From an uncultured virus (IMG/VR IMGVR_UViG_3300033487_000001) (taxonomy: Duplodnaviria > Heunggongvirae > Uroviricota > Caudoviricetes): 64,000 nucleotides of DNA. The stretch is from the IMG/VR virus record IMGVR_UViG_3300033487_000001. One strand, 5' to 3'. The notes under the pieces were generated by a model that saw nothing but the letters and a program-made list of their open reading frames with translations, did not search any database and had not been told where the DNA came from. Below are positions 39,655 through 50,780 of this stretch, in pieces. The position numbers and the translations under genes are program-made. Each line of letters opens with the position of its first letter. The stretch's first letter is position 1.

Positions 39655-40032
39655 ATGAAAGCCAGTGGATGGTTTTGGACTGGTGCCACAGTTGCGGGCC
39701 TGTACCTGCTGCTGAGTCGTTCGGGTTCGGCGCAGGCGGCGTCGTTACCTCCGTATAGCCCGTCGGTGAACCCCACCGCGTCACAGCGTGTCGAGGTTGT
39801 GCGTGGCGTGCAGCGGGTACTACGCGAAGAGGGGCTGTACGAGGGCGCGATCGACGGCATCGCGGGCCCCGCAACGGGGCGGGCGCTGAGCGCGTATCTG
39901 CTGGAGCGACCGTCCCTTGCGGCGCGCCTCGCGGCCATCTCGAATCTCGCGCAACGCGAGTACGAGACCGCGCGTGCGGTGCTGGCGCATCCGCCGGCCG
40001 AGACGCAAACCACACAGGCGACTCTTCCGTGA
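39655..40032 (+). CDS. Membrane-anchored peptidoglycan-binding protein
   Basis: TM 'WFWTGATVAGLYLLLSR'; 'VQRVLREEGLYEGAIDGIAGPATGRAL'. Confidence 0.8.
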   Translation: MKASGWFWTGATVAGLYLLLSRSGSAQAASLPPYSPSVNPTASQRVEVVRGVQRVLREEGLYEGAIDGIAGPATGRALSAYLLERPSLAARLAAISNLAQREYETARAVLAHPPAETQTTQATLP

Positions 40033-40451
40033 CCAAGCGCTCCTGCTCTTCGTGCGGCGGACAGATGGTCGCCTCGCGGCGCCACGACCGCGCGAGGGTG
40101 GGTGGGCGCTTTTTCGCCGATCCGCAAGAGACCGAGTACGAGTTCTGTTCGTCGTGCGGCGAGGACACGGTGAGCGCGCTGGTGCTGTCGGGGATCGAGC
40201 GTCGGTGCTCGGCGGTCGCCCTGCTGCATCGTTCCGTCGCCCCCGCCGAAGGGATCAGGTCGGGTCGTAAGGCGATGGGTCTTCGGCAGTATGAGCTGGC
40301 GGCGGTCCTGGGCGTGACGACCGACGAGGTGCTGATGTGGGAGAGCGGCTTTGCCGATGTGCCGCGCTCGATGCAGTTGGCGATGGTCGGGTGGCTGCTT
40401 GGTTTGGACCTTCCGTCGACGGCAATCGGACCCGAGGGGCGCGATGGATGA
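40029..40451 (+). CDS. MqsA-like zinc-ribbon plus XRE HTH protein
   Basis: CSSC...CSSCGE followed by 'IRSGRKAMGLRQYELAAVLGVTTDEVLMWESG'. Confidence 0.75.
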   Translation: MTKRSCSSCGGQMVASRRHDRARVGGRFFADPQETEYEFCSSCGEDTVSALVLSGIERRCSAVALLHRSVAPAEGIRSGRKAMGLRQYELAAVLGVTTDEVLMWESGFADVPRSMQLAMVGWLLGLDLPSTAIGPEGRDG

Positions 40452-41139
40452 TTCGGTTTCGTGCGTGATGCTGTGCTCGTGGCCGAGGCGCGCGGCCATG
40501 GTCGCCGACGCGTGCGCGGCGTACGACCTGCAGACGCACGCGAACAAGGAGCTGGTCGTCGTCAACGACGGCGAGCCGATGCGCGCGCTGCGCGACGACG
40601 TGCGCGTGTACAACGTGCCCAGGCTGACGATCGGCGAGAAGCGCAACATCGGCGCGGAGATGGCCGAGGGTGGCTGGCTCGCGACGTGGGACGACGACGA
40701 CGTGTCGTTCCCTGGTCGTCTGGCCGACTCGCTCGCGATCGCCCGCCGTCACGACGCGGTTGCGGTTCGCGGCGAGCACATGGCGTACACCGACGAGCGC
40801 ATGCGCGTGCTGGGTGTCGTGGCGAGCGTGTGCTATCCGACGGGTCTGGTCCAGCGGGATGCGTGGCTGCGCGTCGGCGGGTGCCCGCCGCTCTCGTACG
40901 CCGAGGACATGGAACTCTGGGCTCGGCTGATGGTCCGCCGGTTCAGGACCGCGCGCCACTCGGGGATGTTCTACGCGCATCGCCGACACGGCGCCAACGT
41001 GACGCTGTCGCGCGAGGCGCTGTCGACGTTCGTGGCCAGGGCGCTGCCCGCGTGGAACAGCACGATCCCGGCCACGCAGGCGGTGGTCGACCGGGTGCTG
41101 GCGCACGCGCCGCACGTCAACCTCGTGGGGCCGGCGTGA
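40444..41139 (+). CDS. Glycosyltransferase family 2
   Basis: 'VSCVML', 'ELVVVNDG', 'IGEKRN', 'WDDDD', 'AED'. Confidence 0.85.
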   Translation: MDDSVSCVMLCSWPRRAAMVADACAAYDLQTHANKELVVVNDGEPMRALRDDVRVYNVPRLTIGEKRNIGAEMAEGGWLATWDDDDVSFPGRLADSLAIARRHDAVAVRGEHMAYTDERMRVLGVVASVCYPTGLVQRDAWLRVGGCPPLSYAEDMELWARLMVRRFRTARHSGMFYAHRRHGANVTLSREALSTFVARALPAWNSTIPATQAVVDRVLAHAPHVNLVGPA

Positions 41140-41834
41140 TTCCGCGCGTGATTCACCAGATCTGGATCGGTCCCAAGCCGCGCCCGGAAAAGTGGATGGC
41201 GTCGTGGGCGCGACTCAATCCTTCGTGGCGATACGAGCTGTGGGACGACGCCCGGTGTGCGGCGTTCGGCTTCCGCAACGCGCGCAAGATCCGCGAGATG
41301 CCCGAGTGGTGCGGCAAGGCCGACATCATGCGCTACGAGATCCTGGAGCGGCACGGTGGGGTGTACGTCGACGCGGATGCCGAGTGCGTCCGTCCGCTCG
41401 ACGACGAGCTGCTGCGTCACGACTCGTGGGCCTGCTACGAGAACGAGCGGCGGCGGCCGGGTCTCATCGCCAACGGCTTTCTCGGCGCGCGCGTCGGCTG
41501 CGAGTTGATGCGTCGTCTCGGCGACGCGATCGCCGGGATGGATATGCGCGCAGCCCGAGCGTGGATCGTCACCGGACCGGGATTGTTGACGCGTGTCGCC
41601 GCCGATTATCCGGCGCTGCATCTGTACCCCAGCTGTTTGTTCTTGCCGGCGCACTATTCGGATCCCGCCAGCCACAACGCTTGCACGCCGTACTGTGATC
41701 ATCACTGGGGAAGCACCCGCGGGCTGTATACGCGCCCCGCCGGTCGCTTGATGCCGTGGTCCGATCGGTACGACGGCGCGGTTGCGCTTGCGGCGTTTCT
41801 TGGCGCCGCGTGGTGGCTGCGCAGTCGCGCTTAG
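41136..41834 (+). CDS. DxD glycosyltransferase (GT32/OCH1-like) with C-terminal TM
   Basis: 'IPRVIHQIWIG', 'KADIMRYEILERHGGVYVDAD', 'TGPGLLT', 'HHWGST'; C-terminal 'AVALAAFLGAAWWLRSR'. Confidence 0.88.
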   Translation: MIPRVIHQIWIGPKPRPEKWMASWARLNPSWRYELWDDARCAAFGFRNARKIREMPEWCGKADIMRYEILERHGGVYVDADAECVRPLDDELLRHDSWACYENERRRPGLIANGFLGARVGCELMRRLGDAIAGMDMRAARAWIVTGPGLLTRVAADYPALHLYPSCLFLPAHYSDPASHNACTPYCDHHWGSTRGLYTRPAGRLMPWSDRYDGAVALAAFLGAAWWLRSRA

Positions 41835-41881
41835 TAGTTACACGGCATGACTTTGTGTGACAGAGGCGGTACCATGGTCAC

Positions 41882-43698
41882 ATGGGCTGCGGCTGTCGTA
41901 TCACTGCTCCACAAGATCCAGACGTGATTCGTCGGGCGGACGATCGCTTGCGCGAGATGTGGCGCCCAGGGCCCAGGATGTTGACGCGGCCCGCGGGGGA
42001 GATCGTGCCTGCGGCATCGAGTCCCCCGTCGTCACCCGCGCCTGCTCCGTCGTCTCCAACGGCCCACCTCGGTGACATCGACTCGGCGGGGAGGCTCGTC
42101 GGTATCGACGGCATTCTCGACCAAGTAGGCTCGGCCATTACGCGCCATGTGCAGCCGCTGTTGCGGGAAACGGTTCTGCCGGTGATTCAACGTGACGTCG
42201 CGCTGCAGCGTGAGGTCGGAGGAGCCGCGGGCCGGCAGCTGGCGCACGAACTCAAGCCGTGGGTTGTGATCGGTGCGGGCGCGCTGGTCGTGATCGCATA
42301 CGCGCAATGGCGCAAGTCGGGAGGCCGGTAGCATGTCTGACAATCCGCTGCTGTCGGCCGCCAACGCCGGCGCCGGCATCACTAGGCAGTCGCCGGCGCC
42401 TGCCCCCTCAGCCGCGCCTGACGCGGCGGCGTGTCAGGTCAGGCTGGACCAGGCGCTAAACGAGATCTCGCTCAACCGCTGGCTGGTTTCCGAGGCCGAG
42501 TCGGTGCGCGCGCAACGCAACGTACTGTTGATGGTCTTGGCCGTCGGCGGCGTTGTGTGGTGGCTCACGGCTCGCAGAAACTAAAAATAGATTTCAGCTT
42601 TTCAGGAAAGCATCACCATGCACACCAACGAAAATCCGCTTCTTCGCGCCGCCAAGGTCGTGCCGATTCGCGCGGGCATCGTGCGCCCCGCGGGCGACGC
42701 GACGACCGACGCGACGGTCTACTTCACGCAGTTGCGGGACGCGGAGGCGGGCGCGGCGTTTTGGCGCCACGTCTCGATCGGGCTCGCGCTGGCGACGGGG
42801 TACATCTGGTATCGAGGTCGACCCAAGAAGGCCAAGTCGAAGTAAGCCATGAAGGACTACGGCTGGATCTGGTGGGTCGCCGGCGGGGCCGTTGCGTTGT
42901 ATCTGCTGAGCGGATCACGCCGGTCCGAGGCGCCGCCGCGCTTGGTGACGGCTCCGGTGCCGCCGCCGCAGGCGCCCCCACCGGCGCCACCAGGGGGATA
43001 CACGCCTCCGGTCACCGTTCCATTCGCGATCTCTCGCGCACCGCGGCAGATGGGGGTTCCGGCGCCGGCGGGCGCGTGCGTGCTGGTGGCAGCTGAGCCC
43101 CACGTGATTGTGTCGGACCCAGATCTGGGCGTAGTGCACGGCACGGTCGCAGCCGGAGCCACGTTATACGTCGTAGAACGCAGATCGGTTTCCGGCTTAG
43201 AGGTCTATCGGGTAGACCCGTCGTCGCCGGGGCTTGGGGGAGTGGCTGCTGGGTGGTTTTCGCCGGTGCCGAGCGAGCGCTTGGTCTGCTCATGAGGCAC
43301 CAGCCAGCCATCTGCCGGGTCGCGTCGCGCACTCGCGGGCGGTCGTGTGCAGCTGGGGACCACAGCAGAAAGACGGATCCGTGATGAGCAGTATAACGAA
43401 GCCGGCTGCCGGTGCGGTTACAGTTGGACCCGCTGGCGAGATCAACGGCGTATGTCCCGCGCTTCCGTCTTCCACTACGGCGTATCGCGTCGTGGCCGGG
43501 GACACGTCTGCACTCTGGCTGCTGCTGCGCGACGCGGCAGGTCGGGCTGGGTTGGTCGGCGTCGGTGCGTACGCCGCGGGCGTACGCGGCGAGAACCTGT
43601 GGCGGGCGTCGATCGGTGGGGCGCTGGGGATCGAGGCTTTCGTGCTGGCGTATGCGTATTGGCAGACACGGCGGGCGCAGGCTACGCCTCAGCGGTAA
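41882..43698 (+). other. Cluster of five small single-TM proteins (41882-42331, 42333-42584, 42618-42845, 42849-43295, 43381-43698)
   Basis: Each has a terminal Gly/Ala/Trp-rich TM segment followed by basic residues. Confidence 0.65.
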
Positions 43699-45602
43699 GA
43701 CCGGCTTCCTCTCGCACGATCCCGGCGAGACGCAAGATCTTGGTGCGTCCTGCGCGCGCGGTAGCCAGCGCCGCTTCGGCGTCTAGAATTGCGTCCCGCG
43801 CTTCGTGGTCTGCCTCCCAGACCAACCGAGCGCGCATCGCGACGATGGCTTCGGAGGCCAAGTCCACCGGCAGCCCCAGCAGTCTGGCCCCCCACGCGAT
43901 GCCGACGGGGGCTATGGTGCATCGATATCGATCGTCGACGCGCCAGACGCCGTCGGCGTACCTCTGCCATACGACTCCTAGGCGCAGTCGGTAGATGATC
44001 ACCTTGGCGTCGTACTGCAGATCGATACGATACATTCCGCCGCTCGCACGAAACTCAGCGGAGGCTATGACCTCGCTGCCTAGCGAGGCACCTGTCCTGT
44101 ATAGCGAGCCGATCACGTGGTGAGCCATAGGTATACCAGCACGACCGACGGGTCTGTATCCATCACTTCGGCCTCCTCATGAATCCTGTTTTGGTTATGC
44201 GACCAAGCGCGCGTCCGACAGCGCGCGCGGTCTCCTCGTGCCACTCGCCCAACGGTACCCACGACTTGCCGACGTAGCCGTATCCAAGAAAGGCTTCGTT
44301 GGGCAACGAAAACGCGGTCACCTCTCTCACCGCGTTGACCTCGGTGTGCACCAGCGCGATGGCGCGTCGCCCGCCACCCAGCGGTACGATCACCTCGGCG
44401 TGTGGTTTGAGATATTCGTTGGTCACGGCGCGGCCGTGACGGCGCGAGACGTCGCCATCATTTCGCCGAAGTCGAACGTCGGGTCCAGGTCGTAGACCGT
44501 GACCATTTTTTCGGGCCGTCCGGCATCTACGGTCACGGGTTTGCCGTGGTATTCGTACATGTACTTCGGCGCCGCGGCCTTGCCCTCGACGAAGCGGCGC
44601 CCCCACTCGGTGATGCGCCAGAATCCTACCCGCGTGGACCCGTCGGCCCGCTCGGCGTTCGGGAGCGGCTCGATCATGCCCCACAGCGTGAGCTTGGCGT
44701 AGTCTCCGCCGGCGGTGCGGAACGCTCCGCCGACGCCGATCTTCACGTAGCCGTCGGTGTCGCGCGCGAGCGGGCACAGCGCGTACAGCCGCAGCAGCGG
44801 TTTGAGCATGCCGGCGTTGATCTTGCGCCGGTACACCTTCGCGAGCCGGTCGCACACGGGGCAGACGACGCCGGCGTCTGTGTACATGAGACCGCGGACC
44901 ATGTCCCTGGCGGCGTCGACCGTGGACACGTTGGCGACCTCGTGTAGCTTGTGAGGTTCCGTCATCATGGCTCTCCCGCGGCTTCTGTCGCCGCTCTGAT
45001 TCGCGCCTCTTCTATCTCCCAGTCGATGCACCGCAGCGCCCCCTCCAGGTCAGCCACGGCGCACTGGACCGACGTGGTGCGGTACCCGCCGTCGATCGCC
45101 GATGCCAGCGCCGCGCGAGCCGTTGCGATGGCCGTGACGAGGCGTTCGCGGTGGGTCGGCGAGCCGTCGAACACGACGGTCCATTCGTCGATCCCGGTCT
45201 GCGCTAGTCTGGTCACCGCGCCACCCGCTTGGCGAACAGGCGCTCGGCGTCCGTCTCGCTCAGGTATCCACGCGCAACACCCTCGCTGGCCCACGCAAAA
45301 AAAGACTTCGTCTGCACTGGCTCCTGGATTGGCAAGCTCATTTGTTTCGATGCCTTCATGAGTCTCCTGCGGTCCATCAGCTTGTATCCAAGCCGTCTAA
45401 ACGGCAGGTGATTGTCTCCTGGGACTCTGATCAGCTGCGCCATCAGACTGGCCTCGGTTCGGTGCCTGAGGCACGAGTCCTGAACGCATCTCAGAAACAC
45501 ATCCATGTCGAAAGCAGACGCCTCGGCCAGCCTTTTCAGCTCATCGCGATCCTGATCCGACCACCACGCATAGTGACGCTTGCTTTTCGCCCCCGCGGTC
45601 AT
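43682..45602 (-). other. Five hypothetical genes (43682-44128, 44163-44426, 44423-44968, 44965-45216, 45213-45602)
   Basis: Co-oriented ORFs, several with overlaps; 44423-44968 has CPVC and a winged-helix-like 'WRITEWG'. Confidence 0.55.
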
Positions 45603-48600
45603 CCGGCGCCCCCCGCGCGTGACCGCTCCGTGCTCACGCCGATGGCGTCCTGCAGCGGCACGCTGCGCGGCGCCTCGACCGCCGCCAGCGCCGGACGCAC
45701 AGCCACCATCGCCTCGCCGATGATGCCGGACGCCATGATCTGGCGCAGCGGTCCCATCACGACCTCGATGAGCAGGTCGCTACCCTCGGCCAGCGTCTTG
45801 ATCCGCAGTTCGTCTGCCAGGCGGTCGGTGACGTCGCCGGAGAATCCTGGCACCGGGAGCAGCAGCGCGATCGACAGCAGTCCGGACACCAGCGCCGTGC
45901 CGGCCTCGGTCGAGAGGAACGCTGCGATCTTCGCGCGCAGTCCGTCGTCGTTGGGCGACAGGCGCCGCGACAACGCGGCCACGAGCGGGTCGCGGGCGAG
46001 CTTGGTCAGCTGCGATCCGGCCGTGCGCCACGCGGCGTCGGTCGCGTCCGACTTGAGGATGTGCGTCAGGGTCTTCATGCGCGTGGTCGGCTCGTCGTCG
46101 TTCATGGTGTTGCTGTCTTTCTGCGGGCATGGTCCCGCGGATGTGTTGAGCTGAAGATAGTCGCGTGCCATCGCGGACAGCACATCGCGTTGGATGACGA
46201 CGCGACGCGCGTCGCTTCGACGCACCAGTGAGATGTATTCGGTCTCGTCGGCTTCCGCGGCAAAGATCTCCCACTCGGCGGCGCTTTCATCGACCGGCAG
46301 ATATGCCGGTATCTGGTCACGGTACAGAGCCCTGTAGCAGGCCGCTGCTCTGGACACGATGTCCACGTCGATCAGGTGAAAGGTTTCGTCGGTCGACGGT
46401 TCGGCCCTGAGTGCCAGCTCCCTGGAGATCTCGTGCAGAGTGAGGCTTTGAGACAGCGTGCGTTCTTTGTATGATGGCGCGATTGCTACCGAGTCGTCTC
46501 CGGTGCTTACCAACAGGTACGATGTACTTGGTACCGGCAGCGATTCTAGCTTCTGCCGGCATACTTTCTCGGCAAACAAAAGAATATCCGTGTCCCAGCC
46601 GTCGATACGACTCCAGTCCTCCTTGAGCGGCGGCTGTTTCGCTTGCGCCGAGGCGATCTTTTTCTGGGCCGTGTAAGCATTCAGGTCTCCTGTGGTCACC
46701 GTCAGCCGGCGGCAGTCGGGCCGTCGCACGAACGTGATTAGACCGGCTGCGTCGTTTATGTAAGCAGAGAACTTGCCGGGCGCCGTATAATCGATCGGAC
46801 CGCCAGCGGACCAGTCGTATTCGATCGCCCATTCCAGCGCATCGTCTACGTCATCTAGCGTGAAGCATGGCTTGTCTGAAGTCACGCCGCGCTTGGCCAG
46901 CTCCTCAGACACATCTTCAAGAGAAAAGAGCACGGACGGAGCTTCGCGGATATGAACCGCGGCAATCTCCACATAGTCTGGCAGCGCAGCCGTTAGATCG
47001 AATGCGGCAACCCTGTCGATGACAACGCGCGTGCTCGTCTGCGTGCGCGCGACGCTCTCGGCCGCCAGCAGCACACTTGTTGTCAGCGTGTGCAGTCTTA
47101 CCACAGCCACCTCTGTCGGTTTCTTCTTGAGGTAGTCATCCCTCTTGGCTGCCAAGGCTGCGTCGGACACAGTAATGCGCATCGCCGTTTCCGAATGCAC
47201 AAACGACGTAAACTTCACTCCGGTGAGTTCGTGGTGGTCAACCAGCCACGAGATCGTCGCCTGAATCTCCGGCTCTTGGTACTCGGCGAACAGAGCCGCG
47301 TCCGTGCGTTCCAAGGCAAAGTAGACCGCGTACGCGGCGTCGCCCCAATCTACCTGGCCAAAGTCGGAGGACGACTCAATGTTTCTGGCAGCCATAGCCA
47401 TGCTCAGCTGCAGCACGCTAAATCGCATAGAGACTCTGCCAGACGCGTCTACCAGAGTGACGCTGTTGTCCTTGACGTTATCATATGAGTCTATGAAGAT
47501 TCGGTACCCACCAACGACGTTCACGTGCGGCTTGTTTTTGGCTGCCGCGAGCGATGCGATTACGGTCCAGATGTCGAGCAGCTCACTGCTGTACAGCTCT
47601 TTGATGAAGAATCTATTGTGAGCGTTCAGGTATTGTACGGCGACGTGTGGGACTTTCTCGTGCGATATAGATACCTTTTCGCCGTCCATCAGCCTGACGA
47701 ACGACACTCCGCTGTCTGTCGGATTACATAGGGACCATCCGTCGTAAGTGATCCCCTCCCACTCTGGCCGCGGGTCAACGAAGCACGCTTTTAAGCCGTC
47801 GTCGATCGATTGGTAGAGCGCGTGGCGCAAAAGCCTTCTGGGTACAGAGAACAGAGACGGACGTTTTCCCGTGACCGCTGCCGCCTCTGTCTTCTCCTGA
47901 GCGACAGCCTGCGGATCGTCGACGCGTGCCGCAGGCTTTTTATTCAGGAAGTAGCCGGCTTTGCCCGCTAGGATGTGGTCTGGTACGACCACGCGTTCAG
48001 CTGTGTCCCTATTGACGAACGTCGTCCTCGGCGGCGCCACGTGGTCGATGTGATCGATGATCCACGGGCTGTCGGTCGGAGGCCCCGGCTCGCGGTATCC
48101 GGCGCACTCCTTCTTATCCATGCGCTCCAGCGCCCTGTAGACTGCGTACGCGGCGTCTTTCCATCTGAGCACGTCTAGATCGTCAGATGAATCGAGGCCC
48201 CGACGCGCCATCTCCTCGCTCAGCTGAAGCACGCTAAACCTCATCGACACCCTGACGTGTGTCGGGTCGATCAGGGTGATGCTTTTGTTTTTTACGTCAT
48301 CGTAGGTGTCGATGCACACCACGATCCCGCCCGCGAGCGTACGATTGGCCTTGTTCTTCTGAGGCATAAGGCCGGTCACTGCGCGCCATAGCCCTATCAG
48401 TGAGCCGTCGTTCAGATCCCTCGGAACAAAGCTGTGGCGAGCGATCAAAAAACGAGCAGCAGCGTGAGCGATGTCGTCTACCACCACGCGCACATGATCC
48501 GCATCCGGTCCAGAGAATACCAGCTTTCCGGCAAACACATCGTATGACCAACCGGCCTCCGCTGGGTCATGGCGACCTTTGTCCGGAGACCGAAAACACC

Positions 48601-48712
48601 GCTTCAGATCGTTGTCCAGCTCGTTGTACAGGGCACGACGCAGCATCGACGGCGGCACGTCGCACAGATCTTTGAGAGAAGACCTTGCTTCAGCCATCGG
48701 AACCGCCCCCAC
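45599..48712 (-). CDS. Large hypothetical protein with internal domain duplications
   Basis: Two ~245-aa copies sharing 'LRxALY', 'IDxYDxVK', 'RVSMRFSVLQLS', 'WxDAAYAVYxALER', 'KKP', plus two weaker partial copies. Confidence 0.8.
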   Translation of the reverse strand: MGAVPMAEARSSLKDLCDVPPSMLRRALYNELDNDLKRCFRSPDKGRHDPAEAGWSYDVFAGKLVFSGPDADHVRVVVDDIAHAAARFLIARHSFVPRDLNDGSLIGLWRAVTGLMPQKNKANRTLAGGIVVCIDTYDDVKNKSITLIDPTHVRVSMRFSVLQLSEEMARRGLDSSDDLDVLRWKDAAYAVYRALERMDKKECAGYREPGPPTDSPWIIDHIDHVAPPRTTFVNRDTAERVVVPDHILAGKAGYFLNKKPAARVDDPQAVAQEKTEAAAVTGKRPSLFSVPRRLLRHALYQSIDDGLKACFVDPRPEWEGITYDGWSLCNPTDSGVSFVRLMDGEKVSISHEKVPHVAVQYLNAHNRFFIKELYSSELLDIWTVIASLAAAKNKPHVNVVGGYRIFIDSYDNVKDNSVTLVDASGRVSMRFSVLQLSMAMAARNIESSSDFGQVDWGDAAYAVYFALERTDAALFAEYQEPEIQATISWLVDHHELTGVKFTSFVHSETAMRITVSDAALAAKRDDYLKKKPTEVAVVRLHTLTTSVLLAAESVARTQTSTRVVIDRVAAFDLTAALPDYVEIAAVHIREAPSVLFSLEDVSEELAKRGVTSDKPCFTLDDVDDALEWAIEYDWSAGGPIDYTAPGKFSAYINDAAGLITFVRRPDCRRLTVTTGDLNAYTAQKKIASAQAKQPPLKEDWSRIDGWDTDILLFAEKVCRQKLESLPVPSTSYLLVSTGDDSVAIAPSYKERTLSQSLTLHEISRELALRAEPSTDETFHLIDVDIVSRAAACYRALYRDQIPAYLPVDESAAEWEIFAAEADETEYISLVRRSDARRVVIQRDVLSAMARDYLQLNTSAGPCPQKDSNTMNDDEPTTRMKTLTHILKSDATDAAWRTAGSQLTKLARDPLVAALSRRLSPNDDGLRAKIAAFLSTEAGTALVSGLLSIALLLPVPGFSGDVTDRLADELRIKTLAEGSDLLIEVVMGPLRQIMASGIIGEAMVAVRPALAAVEAPRSVPLQDAIGVSTERSRAGGAG

Positions 48713-50780
48713 GGATCGCGATCTCCAGCGCCTGCACCTCGCACAGCAGCGCTCGTACCTCCGCCCGATCTTCGTCGATATGCTTTTGCGAGGGATCGGT
48801 GACGGCTGCGGACAGCCTGCGGACGGTCTCCTCGGTCGGCTCCATCAGTGTCTTTTCTAGCTTTTGGGCCCACTTGCCCAACACCGCGCATCCGGTCTCC
48901 GGCGAACCGAACAGCATCACCTGATCGCCCGCGTTCACGAGCCTCCACGATTCGACCTTGCGGCACAGGGCATTGGCGGCCGGCAACAGCTCCGGAGCGC
49001 GAGCGGCCAGGTCGGTGGCCGCGCGCGACATCGCGAACGCCAGCTGGCGGATTCTGTTGCTCAGCGCCATCTCGTCGGCCACGTCGCTGGGCTGCCGGCT
49101 GGCGCCGGTGTTCTTTGTGACCAGCGGATACGCCGCAACGAGCGCCGAGAGCTCCAGCGCCAGCTCGGTTGGCGTGGTTGCGGCCGGCGCTTGGTTGCGT
49201 GTCGCTGCCTTGCGACCTGTGGCGCGGTAGCGGACCGACGTCTTCTTACCACCCTTCACGATTCACCTGCTTTCCGAACAAGACTTTGACGCTGTCGCTC
49301 ATCGACAGCAGCGAGCCGCCGTATTGGTTGTACGCGTATACGCACTTGCGTCCGAAGCGATTCACGCTGAACTTGATGTGCAGCGCCTCGGTCGGGTACG
49401 CGACGATGAACCTCGGGACCATGTCCCGGTGTCCGGTCTCAATCAGAGCGCTCAATACGCCACGGACGATCCGTGCGTCGTCTTCGTCCAACATCTGGCC
49501 TATCGCATATCCGCGCCAACTGTTGGTGACGCGGGTCAGCAGGGCGCCAATGCTCGTGTACTCACGGTCGCAGACGACGACGGTCTTCATGGTGCTGGTA
49601 TCGACGCGGCGTGCGCGCGGATCATTCATCGTCGGCGCTTTTTTTGTCGGCGCCAGCGCAGACGTCTTCGAGCGCATCAAGCGCCAGGTCGACGACCACG
49701 CTCAGTCCCACGCTCTTGTGGCGATTCGACCTGTCGCGAAGCGACATCTGCAGCTTGGCGCGGTACGCCGGCGGCAGCATGCCTCCACCGGCGTCGATGA
49801 TGCGGGTGCGCAGCTCGCCCATGCGCTTCCAGACATCGAAGGCCATCTTCGTGGATTTGAACCGCGACGGCTTCGGTGACGGGTCGCTCATGGAGCCTCC
49901 GGCGGCAGCGTGCTGCCGGACGGGGACCATGTGCCTCGCGCCAGCGAGGCCGCCGGCGCGCGCACTTCGGGCACGATGATGTGCGGTCGCACCATCTGGC
50001 CCGATGGTGTTCGCGGCGCGCGCGGGATGGTCGAGGCGCGCGTGGCGGCGCGCGTGGGGGGAGGGATGATCATTTTCCGTGGTCCAATACGGCATTGCCG
50101 GCGGGAAGGTCGTTGCCCCACGCATCGAGCCCGAGCTGGCTCTCGATGTTGTACGGCAGGTGCGGGAAGATCACGCGTGGGTTCAGGCCCATCTTGAGCA
50201 GATCTCGCACGTCTGCGTACAGCGACCGCGGCGGCTTGTACTTCATCAGCAGTAGGTCTCGCTCGTCGCGCAGCAGCACCATGACGTCTAGTCCACCGAC
50301 GCCTATATCCACCCTCGCTTCGACACCCAGCGCCTCGGCCGCGGCGACGACGAGTTTTGCGTACCCTTCCAGGTATCGCTGGGACCCGAACCCCTGAGAC
50401 GCGTACGAGCCGCCGTACAGCCAATCCCTGCGCATCCACGTTGTCCGCTCAGCTGGCGGACTGAGGGCTTCGGCCTCGGCAGCGGCACGCAACTCCTGCG
50501 TCATGGCCCTCTCGTCTGCCATGCGATCGTCGGAAATTTTCTTGGCTCTTGCGTCGAAGCGTTCGGCCTGTATCGCGGCCAAACGCACCCTAGCCAGCTC
50601 GTTCTTGGAGACGATCACGATAGCCTTGTCCGTGGTGACGTTTTTGGCCTTCGGCTTTGCCGACTTGGCCGTGGCCACCACCTCTTGGTTCCACTCGTTT
50701 TGGAGCGCCGTGGCCAGCGCGTCGTGGTGCGCGCGGCGTGCCTCGCGATGCCGAATCAGCCGCATGAACGTGTCGGTCAT
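48690..50780 (-). other. Hypothetical genes (48690-49259, 49246-49680, 49622-49891, 50070-50780)
   Basis: Co-oriented protein-like ORFs; some starts uncertain. Confidence 0.55.

Noticed and set aside
44120..44145. Another leaderless-type promoter before 43682-44128
   Set aside because: The TGGTATACC box is only 1 nt from the ATG, which does not fit the 6-7 nt pattern
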